Shown here: piece after piece, positions 7,555 through 17,662 of the stretch | Numbering within the stretch: the stretch's first letter is position 1 | How the letters are laid out: every line of letters begins with the position of its first letter | Origin: a virus | Lineage: Duplodnaviria > Caudoviricetes | Reading direction: 5' to 3' (one strand) | Virus record (IMG/VR): IMGVR_UViG_3300010366_000014 | Coordinates: 1 to 59,310 of that record | DNA: 59,310 nucleotides | Notes under the pieces: generated by a model | The model's database searches: none | What the model was told of the DNA's origin: nothing | What the model saw: only the letters and a program-made list of their open reading frames with translations | Program-made: the position numbers and the translations under genes

Positions 7555-7844
7555 AGCACTGCCCGGGATGCGATCGCGATCGCTCCGTCGATCGGGGCGA
7601 GTACTCGATCCGGCCGGAAGGACACCCCTCGGCGCGCTGCAAGGAGTGCATGGCCGCCGAGAAACGGGCAGAACGCGCCGCGATGAGTGACGACGAGCGT
7701 CGCTTCTTCTATCGCCATCGCTGGAAATCCGAGCTGCGCCGGCGCGCGGCCATGAGCGACCGCGAGCGGCGCGCGTTCAACCTGATGCGCAGATGGCGCG
7801 CGCGCGCGCGTACCGCCCGTGCCCGCGTCGATGAGGGAGCATGA
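7491..7844 (+). CDS. Zn-ribbon protein with basic helical tail
   Basis: KHCPGC...RCKEC; GGAGG RBS. Confidence 0.7.
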   Translation: MPRGHFSTHPVFTDPASGERLKHCPGCDRDRSVDRGEYSIRPEGHPSARCKECMAAEKRAERAAMSDDERRFFYRHRWKSELRRRAAMSDRERRAFNLMRRWRARARTARARVDEGA

Positions 7845-7848
7845 ATCG

Positions 7849-8163
7849 ATGGCACAGAACCCACCCTTCGCCGGAGCCTTCGTCATCCTCCACGATGCCG
7901 TCGGCGGCTGGCCGACCGGCTGGTGGTCCGGCCGCGTCGTGCTGCCCGACGAGTACAACGAGCCGAATGTCACCGATACGCCCTGGTGGACGCTCGATGA
8001 CACCCAGCTGCAGCGGCTCGCCGATCTCGGCGCGGCGCGCGCCGCCACCCCGGAGGAGGAGGCCGCCGCCCAGGCTGCCAAGGATGCCGCCGCCCAGGCC
8101 GGCGAGGAGTGGACCGGCTACTACCTGCCCGATGTGCCCGCAGCGGCCGGGAGGTTCGTATGA
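7849..8163 (+). CDS. Hypothetical protein
   Basis: GGGAG RBS then MAQNPPFAG... Confidence 0.7.
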   Translation: MAQNPPFAGAFVILHDAVGGWPTGWWSGRVVLPDEYNEPNVTDTPWWTLDDTQLQRLADLGAARAATPEEEAAAQAAKDAAAQAGEEWTGYYLPDVPAAAGRFV

Positions 8164-8405
8164 GCGCGTCTGAGCAGGCCGAGGGCTGGATGGAGCAGTT
8201 CAGCGAGCGCGAGCAGCAGGAAATCCGCTTTAGTCAGCTCTACGCCCGCGACTTCGCCCACGGCACCGACGGCCATACTGCCAAGCTCCTGATCGCCAAG
8301 ATGGCCGGCCTGCTCAACAACGCCACGGCCACCATGCAGACCCAGGCCTCGCTGATCGACGCGATGAAGCGCACCGGAGGAGAGCCGCCCGTTGTCAATC
8401 GATGA
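8160..8405 (+). CDS. Hypothetical protein
   Basis: GGAGG RBS, ATGA overlap with the previous gene. Confidence 0.7.
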   Translation: MSASEQAEGWMEQFSEREQQEIRFSQLYARDFAHGTDGHTAKLLIAKMAGLLNNATATMQTQASLIDAMKRTGGEPPVVNR

Positions 8406-8423
8406 CCGCGAGGGAGTGACGCC

Positions 8424-8657
8424 ATGCGCTGGGATCAAGATGCCTCATCGTGCTACCTCAGTATCCTGCGCATCCTGAGCGAGGACGGTGAGCTGACGGG
8501 CGAACACCGGGAGTGGCTCACCCACCAGATCGAGGCCTACGCCCGCGAGCGGCACCACCGGCGCGTCACCTTCGCCGATCTCGATACCTGCCTGCGTACC
8601 CTGATCCGCGACGCCAAGCTGATCCTACCCCGAGGACCGATAAGGATGCCCACATGA
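8424..8657 (+). CDS. Hypothetical protein
   Basis: GGGAG RBS. Confidence 0.65.
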   Translation: MRWDQDASSCYLSILRILSEDGELTGEHREWLTHQIEAYARERHHRRVTFADLDTCLRTLIRDAKLILPRGPIRMPT

Positions 8658-8947
8658 GACAGCGCACCTTCGATGAGATCTCCGCCTGCCCGCACGATCT
8701 GCCCCTGGTCGAGGTCTGCACGCACTGGGAGTACGGCCGGCGCGGCGACTTCGCCTACAAGATCCTCGGCTGCACCCAGTGCGGCGGCTTCGCGCAGCAA
8801 CTCTCGCTCCACATCAATCGTGGCGACACGCGGACACGCGAGCGTCAAGACCAGCTCAATGACGCGGACGCCTCCGCGACCGAGATCGCCGTCAAAGCGT
8901 GGCGGGACGCCCTGCCCGAGCCGGAGGTGGCCCATGCTGCGCCGTAA
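8654..8947 (+). CDS. Hypothetical protein (CPH...CxxC)
   Basis: ATGA overlap, MRQRTFDEISACPH... Confidence 0.65.
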   Translation: MRQRTFDEISACPHDLPLVEVCTHWEYGRRGDFAYKILGCTQCGGFAQQLSLHINRGDTRTRERQDQLNDADASATEIAVKAWRDALPEPEVAHAAP

Positions 8948-9344
8948 AGGGGTCCGGATCGTCAATGAGACCGGCATGCCGCAGGATTTCATCGTCTACG
9001 ACGGCGAGACCGGCGAGCGCATCCACCGCGTGCGCGCCATCAGCCTCCATGCCGTCGCCGGCGAGCCGCCGATCGCCTCGATCGCCATCAACCTCCCCGA
9101 GGTCGATATTGCCATCGAGGCCGACATCCACGAGAGCAATGCGGAGATCGAGCGGCTGCGCACGCTCCTGACCGACGCGCGCGCGTCGCTCGCCTTCGTG
9201 CGCACGTGGAGTGAGGAGCCGGCCCTGCTCGCTCACACCGCGCCCCCGTCGCGTCTCCTTGACCACTTCTGGGCCTGGGCCGAGGGCTGGGACTGCGACT
9301 TGGAGCTGCGGATCGCGGCCGCGTTGGACCCGCCGGAAGAGTGA
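8934..9344 (+). CDS. Hypothetical protein
   Basis: GGAGG RBS then MLRRKGVRIV... Confidence 0.65.
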   Translation: MLRRKGVRIVNETGMPQDFIVYDGETGERIHRVRAISLHAVAGEPPIASIAINLPEVDIAIEADIHESNAEIERLRTLLTDARASLAFVRTWSEEPALLAHTAPPSRLLDHFWAWAEGWDCDLELRIAAALDPPEE

Positions 9345-9623
9345 GACGGCGTCTCAATGTCGCATAATGTCTCTTAGGCGACATTGCAAGCCCTTTTTTG
9401 TCCACTTTTCTGTCCATTTTCAGAACACCGACCCGAAAACAGCTCCGTGAAACACTCTGAGACGGGGTCTCGCGCGCTGTTCTACTCGAACGGTTGAAAA
9501 AGGGGGGTCAAATGCGGGGAAAAAGGGAAATAATCCCCTCCAAACCCGCTTTTTGCCCGATTTGAACCGATTTGAACCGACATTTCCGTATTTTCTGGCC
9601 AGATCGCGTCTGGAGGCCTCCTC

Positions 9624-11246
9624 ATGCCCGATACCGTGCTCAAAGAGCCGATCGAGACCGGTGGCACGCCGTCGCTGCCCGGAATGCCCGGACAGCCCGC
9701 GAAGAAGAGCACCCTGGTCGCGCCCCTGACCGTCGAGGCCGTTTCCGGCGGCCGCTGGGGTGCCTGGGCCAATGTGCCCACGACCCTGCCGTACGCCTTT
9801 GACGACCTCACGCGCGACTTTGGGGACGATATCTATCAGAAAATGCTCTTGGATCCCCAGGTCTCCGCCGCGATCGACACCCTCAAAACGGCGATCCTGG
9901 CCGACGGCGTCGAGGTCACGCCGGCGATCATCGACATTACCCAGCCGGGTTACAAGCGCGCGCAGACCGTCGCCGATTTTGTCCGCGAGAACATGGACCA
10001 GCTCCAGCCGAGCCTGGACATCGTCCTCTGGGACATGCTCGACGCCTACGCCTTCGGCTGCAAAGTCGCCGAGCAGATCTACGCCCTCTCCGACGGCAAG
10101 CTGCGGCTCACCTCACTCAAGGTCAAGCCGCGCCACGTCACCGCGTTCGTCGTCGATGCCTTCATGAATGTGCTCGGACTCTTGGCGTCGATCCCGGGCG
10201 ACGCGGGTGCCACCACCGTCCCGGGCATGATCGTCCTCGACCCGAAAGAGGCTCCGAACCTCCTGCCGCGCGACAAGTTCGCCATCCTTAGCTCCTGGCC
10301 GAAGAACAGCGACCCGCGCGGCGTCTCCCTCCTCAGGCCCGCCTACCGGCCGTGGTGGGATAAGCAACAAATGATTCCGGAATACCTCAAGTATCTGACA
10401 CAGTTTGCGTCGGCAAGCATTATCGCCACCGCGCCGGAGATCACGCAGCCGTACGGTACGGATACCGCGCAGCCGCCCGCGCAGCCCGACCAGATGACGA
10501 CGATTGTCTCGCAGATCGCGCGCGCGCTGGAAGGCTTCCGGAATGGTTCCTACGTCGTCCTGCCCTACGGCACCGTGGCGAAGCCGGTGGAAGTGGCCGG
10601 CGAGGGCGTGCCGTTCCAGCACGCTTTTGAAAGATTCGACCGGCAGATCTCGACGGCGATCCTGCACCAGACCCTGGCGACGCAGGAGTCACAGCACGAG
10701 ACGCGCGCCGCCGCCCAGGTCCATCAGGACGTGCTCGCGCTCTTGGTCCGGATCGGCAAGCGGACGGTCGCCGCGATGCTCCGGCAGGATGTCTTCTATC
10801 CGCTCGTGAAATACAACTGGGGCGAGGCCGACGCGCGCCGCTTCACGCCGACCGCGAACCTCTCCGAGGTCGAGGCCGAGGACATCAGCCCGCGCATGCA
10901 GGCCGTGGCCAACCTCGCCGATAAAGGCCTCATCTTCCCCTCGCAGTTGCCCGATTTGTTCGCCGATCTCGATCTGCCGCCCGCCAGTGCCGAGGATCTG
11001 GCCGCCTACGCGAAATCCTTTGCCGCGCCACCCCTCCCGCCCCCGGCTCCACCGGCGGGTGCGGGCACTCCTCCCCCCTCTTCCTCCCAGCCCGGGGGTT
11101 TGATCCCCCGGGCTGGGCAAGATGGTTCCCCTGGTCGCGCGGGGGAACCATCCTCCCCTTCTTCCCCTCCCAGTTCCCCAACTTCCCCGAGGCCGCCGGG
11201 GCGTCCGGTAGCGCCTCAGGCGCAGGCAAAGGAGGCGCAGCCATGA
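9624..11246 (+). CDS. Portal protein (Mu gp29/DUF935-like) with Pro/Ser-rich C-terminus
   Basis: IYQKMLLDPQV, MLDAYAFGCKVAE, PRGVSLLRPAY, ISTAILHQTL motifs; position before head genes. Confidence 0.9.
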   Translation: MPDTVLKEPIETGGTPSLPGMPGQPAKKSTLVAPLTVEAVSGGRWGAWANVPTTLPYAFDDLTRDFGDDIYQKMLLDPQVSAAIDTLKTAILADGVEVTPAIIDITQPGYKRAQTVADFVRENMDQLQPSLDIVLWDMLDAYAFGCKVAEQIYALSDGKLRLTSLKVKPRHVTAFVVDAFMNVLGLLASIPGDAGATTVPGMIVLDPKEAPNLLPRDKFAILSSWPKNSDPRGVSLLRPAYRPWWDKQQMIPEYLKYLTQFASASIIATAPEITQPYGTDTAQPPAQPDQMTTIVSQIARALEGFRNGSYVVLPYGTVAKPVEVAGEGVPFQHAFERFDRQISTAILHQTLATQESQHETRAAAQVHQDVLALLVRIGKRTVAAMLRQDVFYPLVKYNWGEADARRFTPTANLSEVEAEDISPRMQAVANLADKGLIFPSQLPDLFADLDLPPASAEDLAAYAKSFAAPPLPPPAPPAGAGTPPPSSSQPGGLIPRAGQDGSPGRAGEPSSPSSPPSSPTSPRPPGRPVAPQAQAKEAQP

Positions 11247-11431
11247 TCCCGGTCCTGGCACTCACATTCAACCTGAAGGCGCTGCTGCTCCTGATCGCGG
11301 CAATCGTCTTCGGCATCCTGGCACTCGTCGGTTTTTTCGTGCCGCCCAAGGACGACTGGAAGCGCGCGGTGGCCTTCGCGGCGAGCTGCCTCGCGCTCAT
11401 CGCGGGCTTCATCTGGGCGGCTGGCGGCTAG
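11243..11431 (+). CDS. Small two-TM membrane protein (holin candidate)
   Basis: Two hydrophobic segments; AGGAGG RBS. Confidence 0.55.
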   Translation: MIPVLALTFNLKALLLLIAAIVFGILALVGFFVPPKDDWKRAVAFAASCLALIAGFIWAAGG

Positions 11432-11485
11432 GTCTCGACATCCACGTCTCCGCATTCTTCCGTCACTCGAGCAAGGGAGACACCG

Positions 11486-12862
11486 ATGAGCAAATGGGGG
11501 ACGGCGAGCGCGAAGGAACGCCTTAGCGCGCCCGCGAGCATTTTCTGCGGACCGGATCGCACCTTCCCGGTCGGCGATCAGGAGGATCTCAACAACGCGG
11601 TCCGCAGACTCAACAGCACCAACCACGCCACCGGCCCGATCAAGAGCTGCATCATGGGCAAAGCGAAGGCCAACGGCTGGAAGATGCCGGAGGCCTGGAT
11701 GAGCGCCGGCGAGGCGATCTCCGTCGTCACCCTGGCCGCGTTCGCTTCATCCGACGCGACCGTCACCCGACGGGGCAAAATCTTCGAGGCCGGCGATTAC
11801 CCGGACAAATCGTTCAGCGCGGACATCGAGGATCTCTACCTCGCTGCACTCGATTTCACGGCCGTACCGAACGATCTCGAGCACACGCCCACCATCTTGG
11901 ATGGCAAGCTGGGGCAGCTCACGAAGGTCGAGCTGGATCCGGACGGTTCTCTGGTGGGCGAGGTGGAGATCCCGCGCTGGCTGGACGACATCATCGGCGT
12001 CGATCCCGTCAAGACATCCCTGATGTGGGACCGTGAGACGAAGCGGATCGTCGGCAACGCCCTCGTCCTCGAGCCGCGCATCGCCGACGCCATGCTCGTC
12101 TCCGCGTTCAATGCCGTGACGCCCGGAAACCACAACCACACGCTCAATATCCCAGCGTTTTCCCCGGCCACCGAAGAGCCTCATGCCGTGTACCGCCAAC
12201 ACGGTCACATGCATGAGGCTCTTCGCGCGCCGGTTGAGGAGACTGCGGATCCGGTCGGCCTCCTGGCCACCATCAAGGCCTTACTCATGGGCAAGGATCC
12301 GAAACCGGCTGCGACTTTGCCGCCGGTCGTGACAGCGCCGGCGACGGCGGAGGAGGTCACCGTGGCGGACGCGGTGGAGTTCAAAGACACCCAGGAATAC
12401 AAGGACATGGCGGCCCAGATCGCTCAGCTCCTCGAGCAGGACAAGGCGCGCGCGGCGCGCGAGGCGACCCGGGACGCGGAGGTGATTCGTGAGCGAGCGG
12501 CAACGTGGGCGGAGGCGGAAATCGCGGCCTTCCGGGCACTTCCTTCCGAACGGGCAGCGCTCATCGCCGCCTACGCGGATGCCGCGACCGATGACCAAGC
12601 CGCACCCCGCGTGGTTTCCTTCACCGGCAAGGACGGCGCGGAGACCACGGGGAATCGCGTCGATGCCCTCAAGGCACGGCAGGCCGCGCGCCCGCAGCAC
12701 ATGCTGACCCAGGAGCAGCTCCGGATGACACCCGAGCAGCTCAGGGAGGCCGGCGTCGTCTTCGCCCAGCGGCCGAGCACGGCCGATACCGGCACGATGA
12801 ATACGGCCCGCCACGATGAGCTGATCACGCTCTCGGGCTTCTCCCTCCAGCACAACGATTAG
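11486..12862 (+). CDS. Capsid maturation protease/scaffold protein
   Basis: Between portal and decoration/capsid genes; GKIFEAGDY..VPNDLEH protease-like region and coiled-coil C-terminus. Confidence 0.75.
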   Translation: MSKWGTASAKERLSAPASIFCGPDRTFPVGDQEDLNNAVRRLNSTNHATGPIKSCIMGKAKANGWKMPEAWMSAGEAISVVTLAAFASSDATVTRRGKIFEAGDYPDKSFSADIEDLYLAALDFTAVPNDLEHTPTILDGKLGQLTKVELDPDGSLVGEVEIPRWLDDIIGVDPVKTSLMWDRETKRIVGNALVLEPRIADAMLVSAFNAVTPGNHNHTLNIPAFSPATEEPHAVYRQHGHMHEALRAPVEETADPVGLLATIKALLMGKDPKPAATLPPVVTAPATAEEVTVADAVEFKDTQEYKDMAAQIAQLLEQDKARAAREATRDAEVIRERAATWAEAEIAAFRALPSERAALIAAYADAATDDQAAPRVVSFTGKDGAETTGNRVDALKARQAARPQHMLTQEQLRMTPEQLREAGVVFAQRPSTADTGTMNTARHDELITLSGFSLQHND

Positions 12863-12930
12863 TGATGAACCGTTATCACATTTCCTCCTGATCTGAGGCC
12901 ATTGGCCGAAATGTGATAACGATTCATCAC
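12862..12930. repeat. Long intergenic hairpin (23-bp arms)
   Basis: GTGATGAACCGTTATCACATTTC / GAAATGTGATAACGATTCATCAC, one mismatch. Confidence 0.85.
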
Positions 12931-12990
12931 CCTTCCCCGATTCCTTCCCCTACTTACCAGCTACTTACCACCCGTCAGGGAGGGATAGAC

Positions 12991-13410
12991 ATGGCGAATG
13001 CACCGGTTTCGACGTGGAGCAACACGCGACTCGATCCCTACATGGACCCGGAGGACGCGCACGAGAACGCGATCCAGCTCGTCGCCAGCCAGACCTACGT
13101 CGCGGGGCAGGTGCTCGGCGAGGTGACCGCGTCACCGGGAACCTACGGCAAGTACGCCAGCGGCAACTCCGACGGCACCCAGGTGCCGAAGCTGCTGCTG
13201 CGTGAGGCGTGCGTCACCGATTCCTCGGGAAACATCACCGGCGCGGACAACCTCGGCGACACCCGCAAGGACACCCACGCCTTCTTCAGCGGCACGTTCA
13301 AATGCTCCGACCTCACCGGCCTCGACGCGGCCGGCCTCACGGCCTCCGGCTGGCGGCTGATCTCCGGCGCGACCGTCGGCGCGGCGAACGCGATCGTGCG
13401 GCTCGGCTAA
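12991..13410 (+). CDS. Head decoration protein (lambda gpD-like)
   Basis: AGQVLGEVTASPGTYGKY..GNSDGTQVPKLLL; directly before the MCP. Confidence 0.85.
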   Translation: MANAPVSTWSNTRLDPYMDPEDAHENAIQLVASQTYVAGQVLGEVTASPGTYGKYASGNSDGTQVPKLLLREACVTDSSGNITGADNLGDTRKDTHAFFSGTFKCSDLTGLDAAGLTASGWRLISGATVGAANAIVRLG

Positions 13411-13461
13411 CCAACGCTCCCCCTGCTTCCTTCCTTCTTCCTACCCTAAGGGGGCAACAAC

Positions 13462-14475
13462 ATGGCGGACCTGATCTATCCCAAAAACTGGGAGCTAACC
13501 CAGATCGCCCAGGAGCTGATGCCGCGCCTCGAGGCCGATCGGCCCATCTTCTCCCTCTTCCCCACCGTCACGACCGACGCGGGGATCCTGATGTGGGATC
13601 AGGAGGACGATTACACCGGCCTCCAGTACGCCCGTGGCCTCAACGGCATGCCGACCCGCATCAAGAAAATCGGTGCCAAGCGCTACATGATGCAGCCCGG
13701 TTTCTATGGCGAGTTCGAGAATATCGACGAAGCCGAGATGACGATGCGGCGGGCCTGGGGATCGATCAACACCCCGGTCAACCTCACCGATCTCGTCGCC
13801 AAGGCGAACAGCCGGCTGCTCGGGCGCGAGGTCGATCGCAAGGAGGTCACGCTCTGGCTCCTGCTGACGACCGGGACATTCTCGGTCCAGGGTCCAACCG
13901 GCGCGATCGTCCACACCGACATCTTCCCCTTGCAGACGATGACCCCGACGACCGCGTGGTCCAACCGGGCGACGAGCACGCCGCTCGCCGATCTCCAGGC
14001 GCTCGCGCTCCTCGGTCGTGGCCGGTCCGTCAACTTCGCGGCCGGTGGACAAGTCTGGGTCAATCAGGTGACGGCGAACAACATCGTCGGCAACACCAAT
14101 GCCAATGACCTCGGCGGCCGCCGGCTCGGCCTGGGCACGATGAACAACCTGCGGGACATCAATACCCTGCTCACGGGTGACGGCCTCGCGAACATCGTCG
14201 TCTATGACCAGGGCTACAAGGATGAGTCGGGGACATTCCAGCTCTACATTCCCAACGGCAAAGCGGTCGCCATCGGCCAGCGTCCCGCCGGCCAGCGGAT
14301 CGGCGAGTACCGGATCCTGCGCAACGCCAACAACGCCGATTTCTCGGCGGGCAGCTACTCGAAGGTGATTGACAACGTCGATGACGATGTGCCGCGCGCC
14401 GTCGCGGTCCACCGGGGTCACAATGGCGGGCCGGTGATCTACTACCCGTCCGCGATCGTGACGATGAACGTTTGA
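13462..14475 (+). CDS. Major capsid protein (lambda gpE-like)
   Basis: 337 aa; LFP, PLADL, IVVYDQGYKDESG...YIPNGK motifs. Confidence 0.9.
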   Translation: MADLIYPKNWELTQIAQELMPRLEADRPIFSLFPTVTTDAGILMWDQEDDYTGLQYARGLNGMPTRIKKIGAKRYMMQPGFYGEFENIDEAEMTMRRAWGSINTPVNLTDLVAKANSRLLGREVDRKEVTLWLLLTTGTFSVQGPTGAIVHTDIFPLQTMTPTTAWSNRATSTPLADLQALALLGRGRSVNFAAGGQVWVNQVTANNIVGNTNANDLGGRRLGLGTMNNLRDINTLLTGDGLANIVVYDQGYKDESGTFQLYIPNGKAVAIGQRPAGQRIGEYRILRNANNADFSAGSYSKVIDNVDDDVPRAVAVHRGHNGGPVIYYPSAIVTMNV

Positions 14476-14477
14476 CG

Positions 14478-14544
14478 CTGGGTTGAGCGGCGGGGATCGC
14501 TTACGTTCGCACCGAGGCGTCCACACCTCGCCGCTCACCCCCAG
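14478..14544 (+). promoter_or_regulatory. Long hairpin after the MCP gene (mRNA stabiliser or processing site)
   Basis: CTGGGTTGAGCGGCGGGG...CCTCGCCGCTCACCCCCAG; no U tract. Confidence 0.55.
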
Positions 14545-14558
14545 TCCAGGGGGTTGTC

Positions 14559-14948
14559 ATGTCTCACACCAGCAGCTCCAGCTCCAGCAAGCCGGCCGCT
14601 TCCTCGACTTCCGCGTCCAGTTCCGCAACTGCCGCGAAGAAGGGTGGCGGCGGCTACGTCGTCGCCCACGAAGCGGTTGGCACGTGGCTGAAGAACCGCG
14701 TGCTCGTCGCCGGCGAGGATTACAACGTCGAAGGCAACGAGGACGCGACCCAGAAACTCGATGAGGCCCAGATCGCTCGTCTCCAGCGTCTCGGCGGGCT
14801 GCGTGACGCCACCGGCGAGGAGCTGAAGGCGCGCGCCGAGGCGAAGGCGGCGGCCGAGGAGGCCGGCGAGGATTTCCAGGGCTACTCCGTGCCCGAGCCG
14901 CCACCGGAGGAGCCGACGATGACTGCGGGCGGCGGACAAGTGGGGTGA
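14559..14948 (+). CDS. Hypothetical head-associated protein
   Basis: Position after MCP; Ser-rich N-terminus. Confidence 0.7.
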   Translation: MSHTSSSSSSKPAASSTSASSSATAAKKGGGGYVVAHEAVGTWLKNRVLVAGEDYNVEGNEDATQKLDEAQIARLQRLGGLRDATGEELKARAEAKAAAEEAGEDFQGYSVPEPPPEEPTMTAGGGQVG

Positions 14949-14952
14949 TCCC

Positions 14953-15411
14953 ATGACCGTCACCACCCCTCCGACCGACGATGAGCTGAAGCAGCTCATC
15001 ATCACGACCGTCGGCGACGTGAACGGCATCATCGCGGCGAACATCGATCTCATCTGGTCGTTCAATGGCGTCTACGCGGCTTACCCGCCCTTGCAGTTCC
15101 TCTATTCGACCCGGATGGCGCTCGACATGCTCGCCGGTCAGGTCTGGCAGCAGGTTGACGCGGCCGTCGATGATGCCCGCGAGGCGCTCAGCGACAAATA
15201 CAAGGCGCTCCGCAGTCGGATCAACGATCTCGATGACCAGATCGCCGCGACCACGCCCGCCGCGATGGCCGCCACGGGGCTGTCCGTGGCCGCCGGCCTC
15301 CTCGCCACCACCGCGCCCAGCACCCCGCCCTACTGGTCGCGCGACGCCAATGACCCGCGCTATATCGGCTGGGTTTACAGCGTGTATACCAGTTACGGGT
15401 GGGACTCATGA
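14953..15411 (+). CDS. Head-tail adaptor
   Basis: Size, synteny and helical pattern (LSDKYKALR). Confidence 0.65.
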   Translation: MTVTTPPTDDELKQLIITTVGDVNGIIAANIDLIWSFNGVYAAYPPLQFLYSTRMALDMLAGQVWQQVDAAVDDAREALSDKYKALRSRINDLDDQIAATTPAAMAATGLSVAAGLLATTAPSTPPYWSRDANDPRYIGWVYSVYTSYGWDS

Positions 15412-15785
15412 GCGACCCATTTATCAGCGATGCCGCGCGTGACAGCCTGCGCGCGCTCGCCGAGCGGGCGATGCTCTCGCGGTGCAACATCCACCGCTTC
15501 GTGCCCGGTCCGCCCAATCTCGACAACAGCCCGGGCGACGATGTCGATCAGGTCCAGTACGACATCCCCTGCCGCTTCACCGAGGGACTGCTCCGGGGCG
15601 TGGAAACGCTGATCGATCTCCGCCTCACCGGCGAAGCGCGCTACTCGCTGCGGCTGCCGCTCGGCACCGACGTGCTCACGAGCGACGTGATCGAGCTGAA
15701 CGGCAATCGCTACGAGATCCTCGCTTCGAATAGCGGCCGGACGCAGACCACCTCGATCCTCCTGACCCTGCATCTCCTCCAGTAA
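15408..15785 (+). CDS. Head closure/stopper protein
   Basis: MLSRCNIHR...IPCRF...LRLPLGTDV..SDVIELNGNRYEI. Confidence 0.75.
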   Translation: MSDPFISDAARDSLRALAERAMLSRCNIHRFVPGPPNLDNSPGDDVDQVQYDIPCRFTEGLLRGVETLIDLRLTGEARYSLRLPLGTDVLTSDVIELNGNRYEILASNSGRTQTTSILLTLHLLQ

Positions 15786-15796
15786 CGGAGCGCACC

Positions 15797-16162
15797 ATGT
15801 CGATCTACTCGAATGAAATCGAGGTTTCCTACCATCCGCGCCACCGGCGCAGTCGCCGTGCCGAGATCGCGCACGTGCTCGACACCTTCGCGGACCTGAT
15901 CTGGAGCCGCGCGCGCGAGCTGGTCCCGGTCGAGACCGGCGATCTCAAAGAGTCGATCGACGTGCAGGTAGACGACGGCACGATCGTCCTCCGCGCCGGT
16001 GAAGGCCTGGAGGATGACCGCGCACGCTTTCAGGAGTTTGGGTTCGTCCACTATCAGACCGGGCACTTCATCATCAATCCCTACGGCCGGCCTGCGGTCG
16101 AAGAATATAAGCGGCCACTGCGGGAGGCGATCAGGAATGCCCTGGTCGGACGATCGTGGTAG
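15797..16162 (+). CDS. HK97 gp10-like tail completion/neck protein
   Basis: ARELVPVETGDLKESI, ARFQEFG, PYGRPA motifs. Confidence 0.85.
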   Translation: MSIYSNEIEVSYHPRHRRSRRAEIAHVLDTFADLIWSRARELVPVETGDLKESIDVQVDDGTIVLRAGEGLEDDRARFQEFGFVHYQTGHFIINPYGRPAVEEYKRPLREAIRNALVGRSW

Positions 16163-16665
16163 CGCAGCCCTACGCCCGCCGCCTCGACGTGGACCCGCAG
16201 CCGGTGACGGAGGCGATCGTCCAGGCCTTGCTCGCCGACCCGGCCGTCACGGCCGATCGCGCGACCAACGGCTACGCCGGCGTCGGCACCCGGATCTACC
16301 CGGACAGCAACACCGCGCCCGATCTCTCCGGCCAGGGGCAGGACTTCCCCTTCCTCGTCGTCGTCTGTGTGTCTTCCGTTGTGCTTGTGGACAACACACA
16401 CGCACGGCTCGACGCGCTCTTCGACATCACCACCATCGATCGCGGCCACACGCCCAACAACTTCGTCGGTGGCACCCAGAACGTCGTCGGTGTCGCCCAG
16501 GCCGCCTGGGCGCGGCTCACCCAGCACGCGCTCACCGTCACCGGCTACACCGAGGTCGAGGTTGTCCCCGTCGCCGCCCCGCGCGGCACCTCGCCGATCC
16601 AGGCCGGCGTCGTCTACCGGCAGCGGCGCTGTTCCGTGCGCGTGCGCGGCAACTGGGATCCCTAG
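16156..16665 (+). CDS. Tail terminator
   Basis: AIVQALLADPAV...GTRIYPD...FPFLVV; synteny. Confidence 0.7.
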   Translation: MVAQPYARRLDVDPQPVTEAIVQALLADPAVTADRATNGYAGVGTRIYPDSNTAPDLSGQGQDFPFLVVVCVSSVVLVDNTHARLDALFDITTIDRGHTPNNFVGGTQNVVGVAQAAWARLTQHALTVTGYTEVEVVPVAAPRGTSPIQAGVVYRQRRCSVRVRGNWDP

Positions 16666-16779
16666 CGGGAGGAGGACTCGGGAGACCACAACTAAATAAG
16701 CCACTGTGATTAGACTCAGTCTAAAGTGGCGCCTTCACTTCCTTCCCACCCACTCATGCATCTAGCACGGAGGGAAACA

Positions 16780-17562
16780 ATGGCATCCACACCTTCCAAT
16801 GGGGGCACCACGCCCGCCAGCGGTGGCGCGGTCGCGACACCCCAGGTGCTCGGCTCCATCGCGCCGCCCGTCGGTGCGATCACCGGCCTGAATGGCTACA
16901 TCGCGATGCTCAACGGGGCGTCGTCCAAGGTCACAGCCGATGCGTTCGAGGAGATCCTCAACCCACCGGGCGGCGCGCTCGCGCTCCCGGCCCACTCGCT
17001 CTACCGGGTGACGGATCGGACGCACAAAGTCGGCGACTCGAAAGCGCCGATCGTCGTCTACGGCGGCGCAACCGGCGTCACCGTCGTCTCGCCAACCGAG
17101 TACCAATGGCTACCGGGGGGCAATTATATTTTGTTCCGGACGCCACGCACCGCGACGGACGTGATCAAGGCCGATGTGAGCTACATCGACACGTCTGGCG
17201 CGGTCGCGACCAACATTTACGGATTGGTCCACGTCCTGAACTGGCAGCTCAACATGACTGCCAACCCGATCCCGGGCGATGAATACGGGACGCAGATGAT
17301 CCCCCAGTATCGCGGGAAAATGTCCGGTACGTGGCAGTTCGAGCGTTACAGCTCGTCCACTGCGTACGACCTCTATTTCCAGATGATGCTGAAGAATCAC
17401 TTTGTCTTCGCGCTCTACGAGAGCTTGCTCGAGAACCGGATCTGGCTCGTCTACGGCGACATCGGGGCCAACCCGATCAACACGCCGACGAACGGCATGG
17501 TCTCCGGCGTCATCACCGGCACCATGGACGCGATGCCGTCCATGATCGTCGAACCCATCTAA
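16780..17562 (+). CDS. Major tail tube protein
   Basis: Synteny before the tail chaperones and tape measure; strong RBS; beta-rich sequence. Confidence 0.7.
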   Translation: MASTPSNGGTTPASGGAVATPQVLGSIAPPVGAITGLNGYIAMLNGASSKVTADAFEEILNPPGGALALPAHSLYRVTDRTHKVGDSKAPIVVYGGATGVTVVSPTEYQWLPGGNYILFRTPRTATDVIKADVSYIDTSGAVATNIYGLVHVLNWQLNMTANPIPGDEYGTQMIPQYRGKMSGTWQFERYSSSTAYDLYFQMMLKNHFVFALYESLLENRIWLVYGDIGANPINTPTNGMVSGVITGTMDAMPSMIVEPI

Positions 17563-17662
17563 GGAGGGGTTGGCCGGTGGCGCGTCGAGTCCGAACCTGC
17601 TTACTCCCTTCCCAAGCTCGGCAACCCACCGGCCTATCCCTTTGCATGATGGAGGCCTCACC

